Source of the DNA: Trichosphaerium sp. ATCC 40318
Taxonomy: Eukaryota > Protista > Tubulinea
DNA length: 64,000 nucleotides
Direction: 5' to 3'
NCBI GenBank assembly: GCA_038496445.1
Contig: JALMLS010000420.1
Coordinates: 186,001 to 250,000, forward strand
This document shows positions 10,917 through 25,400 of the stretch, piece after piece. The stretch's first letter is position 1; every line of letters starts with the position of its first letter. The position numbers were made by a program, and so were the translations under genes. The notes beneath the pieces are model-generated. The model ran no database searches, had not been told where the DNA came from, and worked only from the letters and a program-made list of their open reading frames with translations.

Positions 10917-13206
10917 ATGCGTGCGCCTGTGCGCTTCTGCTTATTGATGGCTTTGGTATATTGCGTTCTATCAACAAAAGGTATGCGCCCATGTAATACC
11001 CTTTTTAAGCAAATTTGCTAAGAGGGAAATAGAAGTACTAACATCTCAGTATTGCGTTGATACCTCAACGAACAGTGATGACGACAATCCACTTGGATCT
11101 TCCGAATATATTTACACCCAACGTGGTGACGGCGATATTAGGGCAGAGAGAAACGCTCTCATCTTCTTCCAGATATTCGAAAGAGAAGGTAAGGGAATAT
11201 TAGCAATACACAACTTTAATACACCAATTAAGAATTTAAAAACCACTCCTTTAGCAATATAACCACGCTAAATCTCTCTTACCCAAAGGTGGTATAATAC
11301 CGGACAACGCCACTATAGATAATGCAACGCTAGTAATGCACTTGAACCACAAACCAGACCCAGACGCTTCACTATGGAAAGTAAAGAAAGAATGGGATGA
11401 AATGACAACCTATGATTCGTTTGGTGGTATGTATCACGTGATATCTCGTTGACATTAATATTCAAAGGGACACCGCTGTTAAGAAGCCAATTTGTATCTC
11501 CTGGCATACCACTAGCGAGTCCAGACGACCTCCAACTAGTGGTAGATATTACAACATTTGTACAAGACTGGGCAAACGGCACTATAGTGAACAGAGGCAT
11601 GATTTTTGTCCAAGGCACTGGTCTGTTTTCAAGAGATTGGAAATTCCTAAGGTATAACCGCTTTTGTACACAACACACCCATATATGGCGTCTTTTGCTG
11701 CCTGTAAGCACTTGAAGGCTAAACAGACGAAGTGTCTCGCTAAAATATGCTCAAATGGTACAGGAAACTAAAGTTTGTTTAGCTGTGATTCTAGTAATGA
11801 TAATCAGCGCCCTTATTTGGCGATTGAATACACAGAAGCAGTACCTCTTACAAATCAACCTACCGTCTCTCCTACAACACTACCGCCCGTACCACCTTCT
11901 TTTGACTGTTTTTATTACCGCACTGCAGGCACGTGACTGAAGAATTCTCGTTAACTAATAGAAAGCATAGACTTTGATTCCGGCTCGCAATACCAAGGCC
12001 CATTGTCTGCCTTCAGTAACGTGTGTGTTCGTTGCGTTTCTGATACAGAAATACCAGGAGGATACATGGTAGATCCATCTTCAATAACGATGAACGAGAT
12101 ACCTGTGCTTTCAGTACAAACAATCGAAAACTCTGATTCAGAAAAAGGTGAGTTTCAAAAATAGCTCTTCCTTTTTGGCTGTCATTGACAACAAATGGTG
12201 ATCTTCAATAACACGTTTACTAGATACCCTCAAGTCTTGTTTTATTGTGCCAAAGATCGAATTGGTTCCAAAGAGAACGGAAGCGAAGCTTAGGTTAAGG
12301 TTGGTTTTTGTTGAGGAAAGTTGAATTGTTTCTTAATTAAAACTGTTAGGTATATGCCAAACAATGATACTTTGGAAAAAACAATAGAATATAGCCCATC
12401 TCTACCTTCAGTACTTGGTACTCAAACGATTACAATGAAGAAAAAAACTAACAAAAAGAAAAACTTAGATTGTCAAGTTTTTCGATGTGAAAACGGAAGT
12501 ACAGTCATAGAGGGAGACTTGGTCGTTACTACGCCATTCCATACTACAGTTGATATAATTATTGCAGGAAATTTTACGGTATCTTCAGCAGGTATGTTGG
12601 GTTTTTATACGACAACAAAACCTAACATTAATTTTTAAGGAAATTGGTCTTTGCTTGTTGGCACAAAAGTTTCTGTCATGGGATGTGCTGAAATATCTGG
12701 AACTCTTCAAGTGAATATAGATCAAAACACATCACCTGATGGCACTTATACTTTAGTAAGTGGTGATTGCATAGAGGTAAATGGGACTACATAAAACTAA
12801 TTCTCAGCCTAACCTGTTTTCTTTTAGAGCAATGTTGACAACTTTGTATTGAACGTAAAAAATCAGGTATGCTCTTTATGTCGCACAGGTATTATTCTAA
12901 CATCAATAGGATCCTTGTATTAAACGGTCAGCTTCTCAGAATAGAACTCCAAGGACTCTAAGTGCTGTGATTACAAGTACTGATACTTGCGGGAATGAAG
13001 ATAATGACATCTTTGTTTGGCTTATTCCAACTGTTGTTGTTGCTGCTATCATTGCTATTCTTGTTGCAACGCTCGGAGGATACTATGGAAGGTACTATAC
13101 GCAAAGAAAACTTAAAAAAAAACAGACTCTGCCTGGAATAACTAGTTTATTTTTTGTTTCTGGAAGTACCGGCGTCATTTTTAAATTGAGTACTTCATCC
13201 AAATGA
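10917..13206 (+). CDS. Type I single-pass membrane protein with a DNRLRE/CBM96-like N-terminal domain, multi-exon
   Basis: Signal peptide MRAPVRFCLLMALVYC. Contains TIDNATL and VVDITTFVQDWANGTIVNRG, a Cys-containing membrane-proximal domain, a TM segment (WLIPTVVVAAIIAILVATLGGYY) and a basic stop-transfer (RKLKKK). Confidence 0.65.
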
Positions 13207-13389
13207 TTGTGATGGAGCCCACTTCAAAAGTGTCATTACTATATATTTATCGACAGTGTTTCCATACTTTCGCACCTTCCTTTTCTGGAGTCAAAATTCA
13301 TCCTGTTGTTACTCTTTTTACTATAGTGATAGTTACTTACTTAAACAAATAGAAAATGGTATCACGCTAGAGCAATATCAAAAGTTGAG

Positions 13390-14130
13390 ATGGCTTTTCA
13401 ATCGCAGAATCCATCAATGACATAAAAAAGTTGATCGAGAAGAAATTAACTTGTAATTTTTATAAATAGTTTTCCAAATGCAGCAAGGCCTTTTTAAGTT
13501 TGCGGATTTCAAGAATGGGAAATAAATACAATAGCTCATACAGCATTAGCGCGCATCACGGAAAAAACAACAAATAAGGACGATCATAAACTGAAAGATT
13601 CAGTCAGCACCGAAATCCAACAATTCCTTTTCTGATCTTCTAATATTCGGAGGTTATACTTACTTACACTTGCTAGTATGCCCACCATCGAACTATATGA
13701 CTCCAATACGCTAATACTGATGCCTAGGTAAGTAATGAGATGCGTTAACTGGGCTGCAGCTAATTCTTTAGCGATCTTCGGTTTGAATCCATTTGGTCCT
13801 CTAAAACTAATTAACAGCGCCATGTGGAACAAATTGGCTGAATATCTTGTGTTGCAAACCAAAATCATCCATATTTCTATCTCTTCGAGCACCCTCCAAT
13901 AACCTGGAGGTGGAACGCTTTTCCTAATCCTACTCATGCAGCTGAAGTAGCATACGTGTTCAACTAGAACGTAATTCTGGATAACCAGTTTGAAAACAAC
14001 AACGAGAAGAAATTATCTAAGAACATGATAAAGTACAGTCAAAGTTCCACAAGAACGGTGTATCATCTCGATATAACGAACCAGAGGTTTGGAACAACTG
14101 TGATTTTACGGCAGGTTGGAACTGTATTTT
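13390..14130 (+). pseudogene. Type-B carboxylesterase C-terminal pseudogene fragment
   Basis: YFYLFEHPPITWRW..PTHAAEVAYVFN* carries the catalytic His motif. It is followed by NEKKLSKNMIKY../KFHKNG and CDF. In-frame stops and frameshifts separate the motifs. Confidence 0.6.
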
Positions 14131-14233
14131 AAACAAGTGTTTAATAAAATACCTCTTCACTACGAATTTACAGTCGCATACAACCGAACAACACAAGGTA
14201 TTTATTGAATACCTTTGTTTTGTTGTGGAGCAT

Positions 14234-15211
14234 CTACTTCCTGTTGTTACTCTTTTTTCTGTTTGCACTTGCACTGAGCTTGTTACTCTTGTTGTTCGGC
14301 TTACGTCCTCTGTACTTCTTATTTGATTTAAAGTACTTTCTATTAGCCTGCTTATACTTTGGGTGACGCCCCATCCATTGTTCTGACTGTTCTTTAGTTG
14401 CACCAAGGAGTTGAATCATAAAAGAAGAATCCATGAACGCTCCAAGATGGAACATCTTTCCTTATCTGAAGAAAAACGGGGCGATGTATTGATCACGTGT
14501 TGCGTGCTTCTTAACAAGCTTTTCTAGCCGAACCAAGTTTTCATACAGATCTTCTTTTTCAACATGTTGTTTAAACATTGCAACTCTTCCAATGTTCAGC
14601 ATCGTGTCATAATCGGAAATCAAAAACCCTTGTTTGTCAACAAGATCTGGTACTTTTGACAATAGGCGACACTGTTTTAATACACACTCAGAATCGTATC
14701 TCTTCTGACACTCAGCATATACTTCAGGATTGGAGGAAACTTGAAAAAAATGAGAATACATCAAGTAGAGCGTTCGTCTTTGGTAGTCAGTTTTTTCAAG
14801 TTTAAAAATTGGTCATGTGACGTTTTCTACGGACTACGGCGTAGCTTCCAACGATTTATATGATGAGATGCTTCCTCAAATCAACATTTGTGAGGTACGT
14901 ACCGCCAAAGTGTTCTACTGGTACAAAGCACTTCAAGTGAAACGCTTTGCTTCTCATATAGATAGGTAAGTTCCATGTAAACCAGCAGTCATCGCCATCA
15001 GGTATCTTGTTTAGTAGCTTTGTAATCATCTCTTCTACTACATCGGATGGTATCTGGTCGATAGTAGTAATACTCTTGTTTACTAACCATTATAGTAGTG
15101 AGTACTTAGGCTTGATTTTAATTTATTACACGTACAAACATTCCATATAAACGCTGGTCTTTGTTGTCTGTCTTTTTTCACTGCCTTACAAATATACACC
15201 GCCTCACTCAT
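14234..15211 (-). CDS. Hypothetical protein (spliced) with an in-frame TAA at 14462-14464; possibly a pseudogene
   Basis: Exons MSEAVYICK..., LNKSITTIDQIP... and VSSNPEVY...FFFR* join at GT-AG sites. The frame continues past the stop into a Lys/Asn-rich tail. Confidence 0.4.
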
Positions 15212-16440
15212 GTATGAAATACTGTTTTGTTACTATTCTATTTTACAAAAGCTCTCAGAGAGCTGACTTAAATATTCACAAACAACTCTCCCTTAATCAC
15301 TTATTAACCTTACCCAAATTTTAGTTGCTTCCATGATTCTGGCTCTGATTCTCTTATGTAATGGTTCTCATACGCAATGGTATCAGAACATTTTTGGAGT
15401 GGATTTTTACTTCAAATAAAGTTTGAATTGCAAACAACGTTCATACGAGAGCATGTCATTGATAACGCCAAAACGTCCCGCTAGCTAACGTCTTCCAGTA
15501 TTTCGAAACGAATCTACAAAATAGACCAAAAGGTTGATCCACAGCGGAAGTTCTGATCTACTGCTACAACTTTTTTCAAAGCATACTTAGTACAACAATT
15601 GCTTTTGCTTCAGAAACGCCGCTTGTGTTAGGGTCGTTGAGCGACATTCTCATTGTTTGACCGGGTATCAAGGAGCACCATTGTTAGCTTAAAACGGGAA
15701 TTTACATTATTCTACGCTCTTAACCCGAAAGCACTGTATCAAAAGGGTAAACCTTTCAACAAATTCTCATCGTTGACAGGTAGTGCCACTGCTTATAAAT
15801 GTAAACTACAACAATGGAAGTGACATCACCAAATGAAGAAGGATATGAAGAAGAAGCACCCTCTGAACATGAGGCCAATTTTTTGAAACAAATCCATTTT
15901 GCTAATGCTACAGTTTTTGTAGGATTCCAGGGATACATTATTCGTTATTCTCGCTTTCCTATTTTTGATCATAGTAATCTTATAGAGAAAAATACGTAGT
16001 TGCATAATACAGTAAAGGAGCTTAGTGAAGAAATTAGGTGAACAATAAAAGTCAAAAAACTATCGAAATAAAACATGGAGCTAGTTTACTATTAGCTAAC
16101 CAAATATCACAAGAAACCCTCTCAGATAAGGCTTGGAATAATTACCCCTAAACGCAGAGTACATTCGTGTGATTTTATATTTTCAAAACAAAGGAGCAAG
16201 CACACAACACTGTGCTGCTTGAATTTTTCAAAAAACGTGATACTTTTTCTTTTCTGTCGATAAATATTTATTCTTAATATTTTTTTACATTTTGACAGCA
16301 TTTTGTGGGGTAGTAGAGTGTTAAAAAAAATATAATCTGGTTTTGTAGTGTTTGTGAAGGTGGTTTTTGTTTTTTGGGTTTTTTTTTTGATGTTTTTGGT
16401 GATTTGACGAAGTCGAAAGATTCGTTCTTTTCGCTTTTTT

Positions 16441-19400
16441 TTACTTTTTAGAAGAACTAAACCATCCCGAAAATATAGAAGTAGACTTTGCGCGTTCACG
16501 CTTAGACCACCTCCTTGCCAATTGAATAAAATTGTCCAAAATCTCACGTGGAAACTTCTCACCCATAACATCATTTTCAGTGACATTATGTAAAGATGAA
16601 GCATCTAGCGAGAACTCTGTTGCATTAGGCAACATTAAAGGTACTGTAGCATCATAATCAGGATGCTTTGTCATGGCAGCAATAGCAGACACTACAAAAA
16701 CATATCAGTAAAAGGTAATCAAACAACAACAAAAAAAAAATCTTACTTGAAATTGGCTCGTCATCAAGGTTTGTGTTGTACAGCGTGCACAGCTTTTTCA
16801 TTTGAGATAATGATATATCAGGGCACACATTTTGACGTGTTGAATGGTCATTAGCAATAGGATGAGGTGCAAGTAACACGTTGATTAACTGGCGTGTCTC
16901 TTTAAAGGCTTCTTTAAATGGTGCAACCCATTGATCACCCACTATACAACAATAAGCACAAAGCCAAGAATTTGTTTAAATAGTACGTACCATGCTTGAG
17001 ATTTGGCAAGATTGTGAGTTCAACGTCCATCTTAAGCTCAAGACCTTTAGTGTGAGAACACAAGTCCTTTCTAAAGATAAAAAAAGTCAGTAAACAAAAT
17101 CCGAAAATAAACATACAAAAAAAAGTACGCACCTCAAGATGATAGCATTGAATATCTGTACATTAAGGAAACGGAACACGTATTTAAAAAATTGTTCAGC
17201 AAGAGGTTGATGAACATTATGTTGTTGAAAGCTCATTAAATAGAATCGTAGAAGATTAATAATTGCACCAACCTAACAAAATTAAAGTTAATAAACAGGT
17301 TACTTAAATTTATAAAAACAATTCGCAAGGCGCGTACCGAAGGGCTTCGTGGTGATGTTGGACTTGTTGGATCCTCTACAGAATCTCTAAGCTCTACGAG
17401 CTTGAGAACATGTGCTTTTAGGCGCACTAATAGACCACGGAGGAGCATTCCGTAAATCTTTACACAAACGTTTTCCATCTCGTCCCTGAACTTAAGACCG
17501 CGATCCTTTAATGCGTTCTTGGTGTGTACAGACCCAGGTAGTTCGACTGGGTACTTCTCAATATCCTTTAAGATAAAAGACACATTTTGACTAGCACCAG
17601 CGCCTAGAAAAGGAAGGTATGAGCAAGGAACATAAAATAAAGGTTTATAACAACTTAAGTACGTACGAAGCTTCTGCCTGGCCATGTGGTATAATGCTGT
17701 AGATGTGGACAACCAATAGATAAGCAAGTGATTATCAGATCCATTATTCTAATTGGTACACAGGTAAGAAGGTGATATAATTATAGCAGGTTTTAAGAGT
17801 AAGTTAGACGTACCAAAATGAAAGAATTGATTGCTTTAGGAATATGTTGAAGAAGAATATGTTCATTGTCTTCTTCGAATACACTCCATTTTGCAAGACA
17901 TCTCCAAACGACAAACGCAGGAGCAGGTAATGTGTTTGTAAATGCAGAAGAATTGAACTCACCTTCAAAGAAAAAAAGTCAACATCGAAGTTTTACATGC
18001 GTTTTGGTTGAAAAAAAAAGTACCTGTCTTGTTTCTTATCCTGTTTGTCTTGAACAAGACCTCTAATAGGAGTTTATCCGCTTGCGGTTGTGTCTCGGCC
18101 ATAAAACGAAGAGTATTCGCAACAGTCTCCTACAAAACAAATGTCAGACTTCCCAGTAAGAGTAACAAAATGTCTAAAAAAAAACGCACCTCTGCAGTAC
18201 CAAGCAATTCATCAATATCGAGTTGTTGCTTTGGTTTCTCTTTGAGCTTGTTCTTAAGACTTAGGATCTCTTTTTCAAGAACTTCACGCATAGCTTGTTC
18301 AGCATTGATGGTATCTTTCAACGTAGCGTTCTCAGACATTGTTTTTCTGGCATGTACAACCTTACGGTACAACGCCTTGTTCTTCGCTCTGAGCTCTGTA
18401 ATGAGACCTTGAAGGTGCTCTGCTTCGCGGTCATTCTTAGCACTTGTTCCGTTCTGCTCAACAGCAGTAGGTTCTTTTATACTCTCAACCTTATCAGTTG
18501 ATTGGTTGTTGTCCTCTACTGGTGTAACTGCTGTCCAGTTATCAGTCAACTCCTTCAACTTCTCATCTTCGTTACTCTTGTTGGCTGTTGTATTCTTCCT
18601 AGGCGACTTGGAAGATGACTTTAAGTTCCTCTTTGATGGGGATCTAGACGTTCCAAGTGGGTTCTTACTATCATCTCCAAACAACATACTACCAAAAACC
18701 GTAAGCAAGCAAACAACAACTGCATCACACTTACCGAGAAAGACTGAAGCCTCCTTTAGAATTGCCCTTTTGGTCCTCAGGAACAGGAGCAACAGGTTCT
18801 GTTGGTGCCTTCTGATAAAAGAGTTAGTCTATTAAAGAGAGAATAAAAGGTTTAAGAGAACGTACTGGTGTAGGTTTCTTGCTGTTTGATGAACGCCTTG
18901 CTCTTCGAGCGTTTTCGCGTTTAGCCTTCTTGTAAGCCTTTGTAACAGTTCTAACCTTAGCAGCAAGTCTTCTGTTATCCTCCAAGAGCTCTGCTCTACT
19001 CTTGTTAGCTTGAACAGCAGTCTCTGGTCCTTCACGGAGAGCAACATGTTCAGCTAATGCTCTATTGGCAGTAATCATCTCAGCCTCACTTCTAGCAAGC
19101 TCAGCACGTTCACTGCGCCTCTCTAATATTTCATTTTGTTGCTTCAATTCTGCAATAGCTAGCTCCAAGTCTAGAACCTTTTGTTTTCCTCCATCTTGAA
19201 GAGGATCACTCTCAATCTGAGCATTAAGAATACCAATCTTTGTTTCAGCCAAAGCAAGCTTCTCTTTGGCATACGTCAAGGCTTCCTCGGACACTTTAAG
19301 CTTTGCAACATTCTCCTCGGCTTCCTTGAGAAACTCTGGGTCGACCTTTGTTGTCGTTTCATCCTCGGGCTGTCTTTGGCTATCATCGTTCACCTGAGGC

Positions 19401-22400
19401 AAAAAACCAAGTTAGTGAAATGATTGCAACCAAACTAACAGCCACCCAGGTTGCGTACAAATACGACGCTACATCAAACTCCAACATTTGGCTTACAAGC
19501 TCACTATAAAGCCAAATGTCGGCGTCATCGCCGGTTTCTGTAGCAGTACTAACCTTAGTATCATTTTCAACATCCGAACTATCGTCTTCAGTCCTATCAG
19601 TGTTTGTGCCTGCTTCAGAGGTTGCAGCAGCCATGACCTTTTGTTGTTCGATCAAATCGGCCATTTTCACTTTAAGCTCGGCGCTCTCGTCCGAAATCTC
19701 AGCATTCTTTTCTTTCTGCTCTTCGTACTTAGTCTTCCAAGTGTTAATCTCGGCTTGATCTAATGCACTTCGAACAGGCTCTTCACCGTCTTCACCGGCT
19801 GCAGCTTGTTGTTCTGTAATTGTCTTAAGCTCTTCATACCGTGTTTGCCACATGCCGAGCTCTTCTTGTTTATCAGCTAGAGCCCTTGTATTTGACTCAG
19901 TACGTTCTTCATCAGAGGCAAGGAGAGCTTCATATTTAGTTCTCCATTCTTCAACTTGTTCTTGTGTTATAACAGGTTTTTCATCAGAAGACACAACACT
20001 ATCCTCAGGGGCAATGTTGGTTGATGTATTACTTTCTGTGAGCGCTTTGAGTTCTTCATACTTGCTCTTCCACATACTGGCTTCTTCATCATTGGATGTA
20101 ACGCTGGCAACAGGTGTTGTTGCTTCAGTTGAAACTAGTTTTTCACTAGCAGCATCTAATTGTGTCTTTGTTTCTTCATATTTGGTCTTCCATACCTCAA
20201 CTTCAGCGAGCGCAATTGCTGTAGCTGGAGCTGTGGTTTCACCATCTTTGCCATCTTCTGTGGCAGCTTTCTCTGTGATCTCTTTGAGTTCGTTGAAACG
20301 AGCTTCCCACAACTCAGCGTCTTCGGTTGCTTTAGTGAGCGCTTCATTGGCTTTATCAAGCTCTTCTTTACTGATACCTTCAGCAACACCGGATGATTCT
20401 GGTACTGATGGTTGTTCTACACTCGCTGCATTATCAGCAGAGCCTGCAGGGACCATTGTTTTTTGTTGTTCAATCAAATCGGCCATTTTCACTTTAAGTT
20501 CAGCACTCTCGTCCGAAATCTCGGCATTCTTTTCCTTCTGTTCTTCGAACTTAGTCTTCCATACCTCTACCTCTGCAAGTGCAATAGCTGTAGCTGGTGC
20601 TGTTGTTTCACCGTCTTCACCATCTTCTGTGGCAGCTTTCTCTGTGATCTCTTTGAGTTCGTTGAAACGTGCTTCCCACAATTCACCATCTTCTGTTGCT
20701 TTGGCGAGCGCTTCATTGGCTTTATCGAGCTCTGCTTTACTTATGCCTTCGACAGCAGGCTCGACAGGGGATGCTTCTGGTGCTGGTTTTTCACTAGCAG
20801 CATCTAATTGTGTCTTTGTTTCTTCATATTTGGTCTTCCATACTTCAACTTCAGCGAGCGCAATTGCTGTAGCTGGGGCTGTTGTTTCACCATCTTCACC
20901 ATCTTCTGTGGCAGCATTCTCTGTGATCTCTTTGAGTTCGTTGAAACGAGCTTCCCATAACTCAGCGTCTTCGGTTGCTTTAGTGAGCGCTTCATTGGCT
21001 TTATCAAGCTCTTCTTTATCGATGCCTTCAGCAACAGGAGCTTCTGTGACATCCCCAGCGCTTTCTTCTCTATCAGGTTTTGCATCAAGACCAGCTTGAG
21101 CATTCTTGAGTTGTTCATTGAGGGTCTCAAGTTGTGTTTGTGCTTCCTCATACTTTTGCTTCCACTCTTCAGACGCAGAATCTTCTGGCTCTGCTGTAGG
21201 TTCAGGTGTTTCTAAAGCTGCAGCTTCTAATGCTTCTTTTGTGGCAGCCAGTTCCTCATTAAGAGCTTTAAGTTCAGCATTGGCTTCTTGACCAGCTGCA
21301 AGTTCTGCATTGAGTGTCTCAAGTTGAGAAGTGCTCTCATCGCATTTCTTCTTCCATTCTTCAATCTCTTCAGCATGAGCCTTTTCCAAGGCTTCAGCGG
21401 CAGATTGGTCTTCGGATTCGAGCTTAAGAGCTTCGTACTTTTCCTTCCACTCACCGCCAGCACTTTCCTAAGAGAAGTATAAGTCACAAAAAAGTAATTT
21501 CGGTTCAAATAGTCAGCTAACCTGTTCAGACTTCAATGTGTCGCGTTCGGCTTCCAAAGAGGTAACACGATCTCTCAACGTAGCAATACGTTTTTCCATT
21601 TCTTTCTTTTGTTCAACAACATTTGAGAGTTGTCGAGACTCTATTTTGAGTTGCTTCAATACACCTCTGTAAAAAAAATTAAAGCGTTAGTTATTTGCCA
21701 CCAGCTAAATAGGTAGGCAACGTACTTTGCTTTTTTACCTCTCCATCGAGTTTGTGCAACAATAGCACCTCTGCGAAGGTGTTGGTGGTATGTGGCACCA
21801 TTGTAACAGCGAATGTATTTTTGTATAATAGTAGCATAATGGTTACGTCGCATCAAATCAAATTTAGCCATTTCATTGGCCCTACGTAACACTAAAAATA
21901 ACTGTCAGCAACCAAAATTACACAAACACAAACAAGTAACAGCTGCAATTCTAATTGAAAAAAAAGATAGGCGTTAGGCTAACAAAATGCAAATACGTAC
22001 ATGTTTGTGAGCTGACTACATTGTGATGAGAATCATCAAAGTCAACAGCACAAGCGTATCCTCGAATATACTTTTGCAAAACAGTTGCATGGTACTGCTC
22101 ACGTACAATCTGTACATAGTTACGAGAACAAATCATACGTCCGACTAAGTAACAAAAGTTAATACTTGCTTTCGCGATAAAAAAACTATTCAAGACATAC
22201 GCGATTGTATCTTGATAGCAGCAGTGCGCATCCTCAAAAACCGCTTGCGGTGATAGTGTGTCTTATAATAACGTTGTATAGTGCCTGCAGCAGTTGCCAT
22301 GCGTTGTGTACGGCGATCTTCTAAAGAACCGAGCAATCCACTCTTTAAAAAGAGCTTAGTCTTACCATATCTGGCTTTCTCAGCTTCTAGGGTAGAATAA

Positions 22401-25400
22401 AATTAGCAAAGAACACTACAACCATGTATTTCTCCATTAGCGTACCAATACCAATGAGTCCAACAAGCTCTTTTACGGCATCCTTAAAATCATTACCACT
22501 TTGCTTAGGTAGTGGGTTTGGAAGTGTGAGCATCTTGTAACGACGCCAGAACTGTTTATAAAGTCTCCTTGTTGGAAAACCAGCCTTGCAGATACGAATA
22601 CATTCCAAAACACCACCACAACGGAGCTGTTGCAAAGTTTTTTTACCTTCGAATAAACCTGGTTTCTTGGCATCGTTGGGTTTAATACAACGGACATAAT
22701 GAGGCGTTGTTGCATTAATTGTGGACATGAGTCTTGCCAATGATGATTTAAACTGTGAAGCAATAGAAACAAACGTAGAAGATGAGTCAGTATCATTAGC
22801 AACGTCATCTTTCATCAAGCCTGAAAGGAAGGCATCAGTAGACCCTTTCAAAGCAACAATTTGTTCTGGGATAATGTAATCCTTATTCTTCATTACAAAT
22901 CTACAAAGAGTTACAAATGCCCAAGTATCAAAACAAAAAAAAAACCAAAATCTTTAACAAAGAACGTACCCGTCTACCAAGTATTTTACTTTACCAGCGT
23001 AGTGAAGCACGATAAATTCGTTATCAGTCATACGCGGTTTTGTCATGTAAGGATGTCTACCATTATGCTTGAATAGCTTCCTAGTGAGGTTGTAAATAAT
23101 TTTCAAAATGCTGTAAAACAACAAAAAAAAAGTCACGCACTCAGCAAAACGCTTATCAGTTGCGGATTTGACCTTAGATTCTTCATCAAGTATAGATAAG
23201 ATACCAAGTCGCTTCTCAATAAGTTCAATACAGTACTAAACACAGGCAGTAAGATACAACGAACCATAAAAGCAAAAAAAATAAAGTACCTTGTTATCAG
23301 CAAACTCAATGTAGTCCCAAGCAATTTCTTCTTTCTTGTACTCATCCTGCTCAACTTTGAAGATGTACTAAACCGTGTGAGTACCTACCTTAGTTCCTAG
23401 GAAACGTACTTGATTAAATTGTTGCTGTAGCTTCTCATTAGCGTAATTAATACAGAATTGTTCAAAACTGTTAACTTCAAAACTCTCGAAACCGTAAATA
23501 TCCAACACTCCGATGAAATTAACCATCTTATCGCGTCCATTAATAGATAGATTAATACGTGTTACGAGCCTACAGCAACAATATTAACACCTCTCCAAAC
23601 ACACAAGCGAAAATAAACAACATCAATTTTTGTCAAAACTTCTAAACGCACCAGTCGAACAAGCGTGAATACACAAGCAATGCAAGCGCGTCACGAGCCT
23701 TACCAGCAGCATCTGGACTTCTTGGGGTTGTCAAAGTCTCTGTACGAGTACGTAGCGTCTAAAAAAAGAGCATATTTAATAAACCACAGAGCTACAGAAA
23801 AAAATACATACCTTTTCTAGCAGAGACTGTGCAACTACATCAACATCAACGCCTAGTGCGTTACAAGCAACGATCAAAGGACCATCATCTACCATAATGG
23901 CAGTCTCTCCATCCTCTTCACCCATCTCATTCTCGCCTTCAACGAATTCGATATTACCGAGATGAAGAATAGCCGCAACAATACGGAATATACTACTCAA
24001 TTCATCTCCTGTGATACCGACAACTTGTAAAGCATCTTTAGTCTCCTGGAAGACCACTGCGTCATCAACACGCTCAACTGTTGTACATTCACCACGGTTG
24101 AGGTAGAAATAATCTTCTGGATCCCGAGACAATTTAAGCTCTTCACGCAATGCATCATCATCTAAACCACGCACAAGCTGATCAAAAAAATTAGTAATCA
24201 AATAAAAAACCAAACCTGAAACAAACAGTTATTCAAACCCCTCTGCATACCTGGTAAAAAATATGATAGCCACGCTCTCCTTTGGCTTGTGTAACAATAC
24301 GGGATTTTTCCAATAGGTACGTAGTTAAATTAGCACCACAGATACTGCCTTCCTTGCCGAATTGAACTTCAATCAATTTACCGAAACTAATAGAAAGATA
24401 AGCAAAAAAAAGGTACAATGAGGATAAAATACCGCAAGCTTATACGTACCGGGAGGAGTTATCATTACGCAAGGTTTTGGCATTACCTAGAAGTTAGTCA
24501 ACACTAACAGAACAAAAAAAATATAGTTTTTCATCTCATGTTGACTAACCGAAAGATTCCAGGATTGGTGTAGATCCCAACACCTTGTGCTCAATACTTG
24601 TTTCTGAAGAGACATCTGCGCCCATAGCAGCAAAGAATTGTAGCAAAAACTTTGTTGTCTCAGTTTTACCGGCACCAGACTCACCACTGACGAGAATGGT
24701 TTGATTCTTTTCCTCAATTTTCATATTTTTATAAGCTTGGTTACCAATTGCATAAATATGTGGTTCCATCATCATTGTCTTTTCTCCAGAGTATGCAGCT
24801 ATCATTTCAGGGCTACACAAGGAAAGCCTACGGTATGGATTTACCTAAAAAGAAACGTTAAACAACGCAAAAAACAAAAAAACAAAAAAAAAGGAATTGG
24901 GAGTCTAAAACGTACGGCGATTAAAATAGGACCAGAAAATGTGTAGATGTTGTCCATCTTATAACGGACATTAATACCGTTTAGTACAGCAGGTTCGTGA
25001 AGGTAAGACAAGGTAGTCAGATCATCAACACCATCTAGAATCGTTGGATTACGGACGAAAACATCCGAACGTTCTTTTGTAACTGCCTTTAGCGGTTTTA
25101 GTAAAGCACGCATTGATTGACACCAAAACGAAATAACATTGTAGAAACAGCTGTATAAGCGTTTTTTTATGCGTCGTTCCATAAAACAACTACCAAACGT
25201 ACATCTGATCCATCGTCTGGTTGTACAGTGATGCTATCACCTTTTCTTTCTGTCACAACTCCAGGCAAGTACTCCTCTTCAGTCTAGGACGTCATTGTGT
25301 TAGTTTGTGTCTTTGTGTACGTTGTAATTAAAAACAGAGTTGCACAGACCGAAAAAATAGGAATGGAAACAACAAACGTACATTAAACCATACTCGACGC

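Noticed and set aside
15334-15999. Signal-peptide-like start and a short acidic ORF
   Set aside because: No coherent spliced frame or motif could be assembled.
16122-16604. 160-aa Lys/Thr-rich ORF
   Set aside because: Overlaps the myosin last exon out of frame and runs through low-complexity 3' flank.
19852-21099. 415-aa Ser/Ala-rich + strand ORF
   Set aside because: Antisense shadow of the Glu/Ala-rich myosin tail exon.
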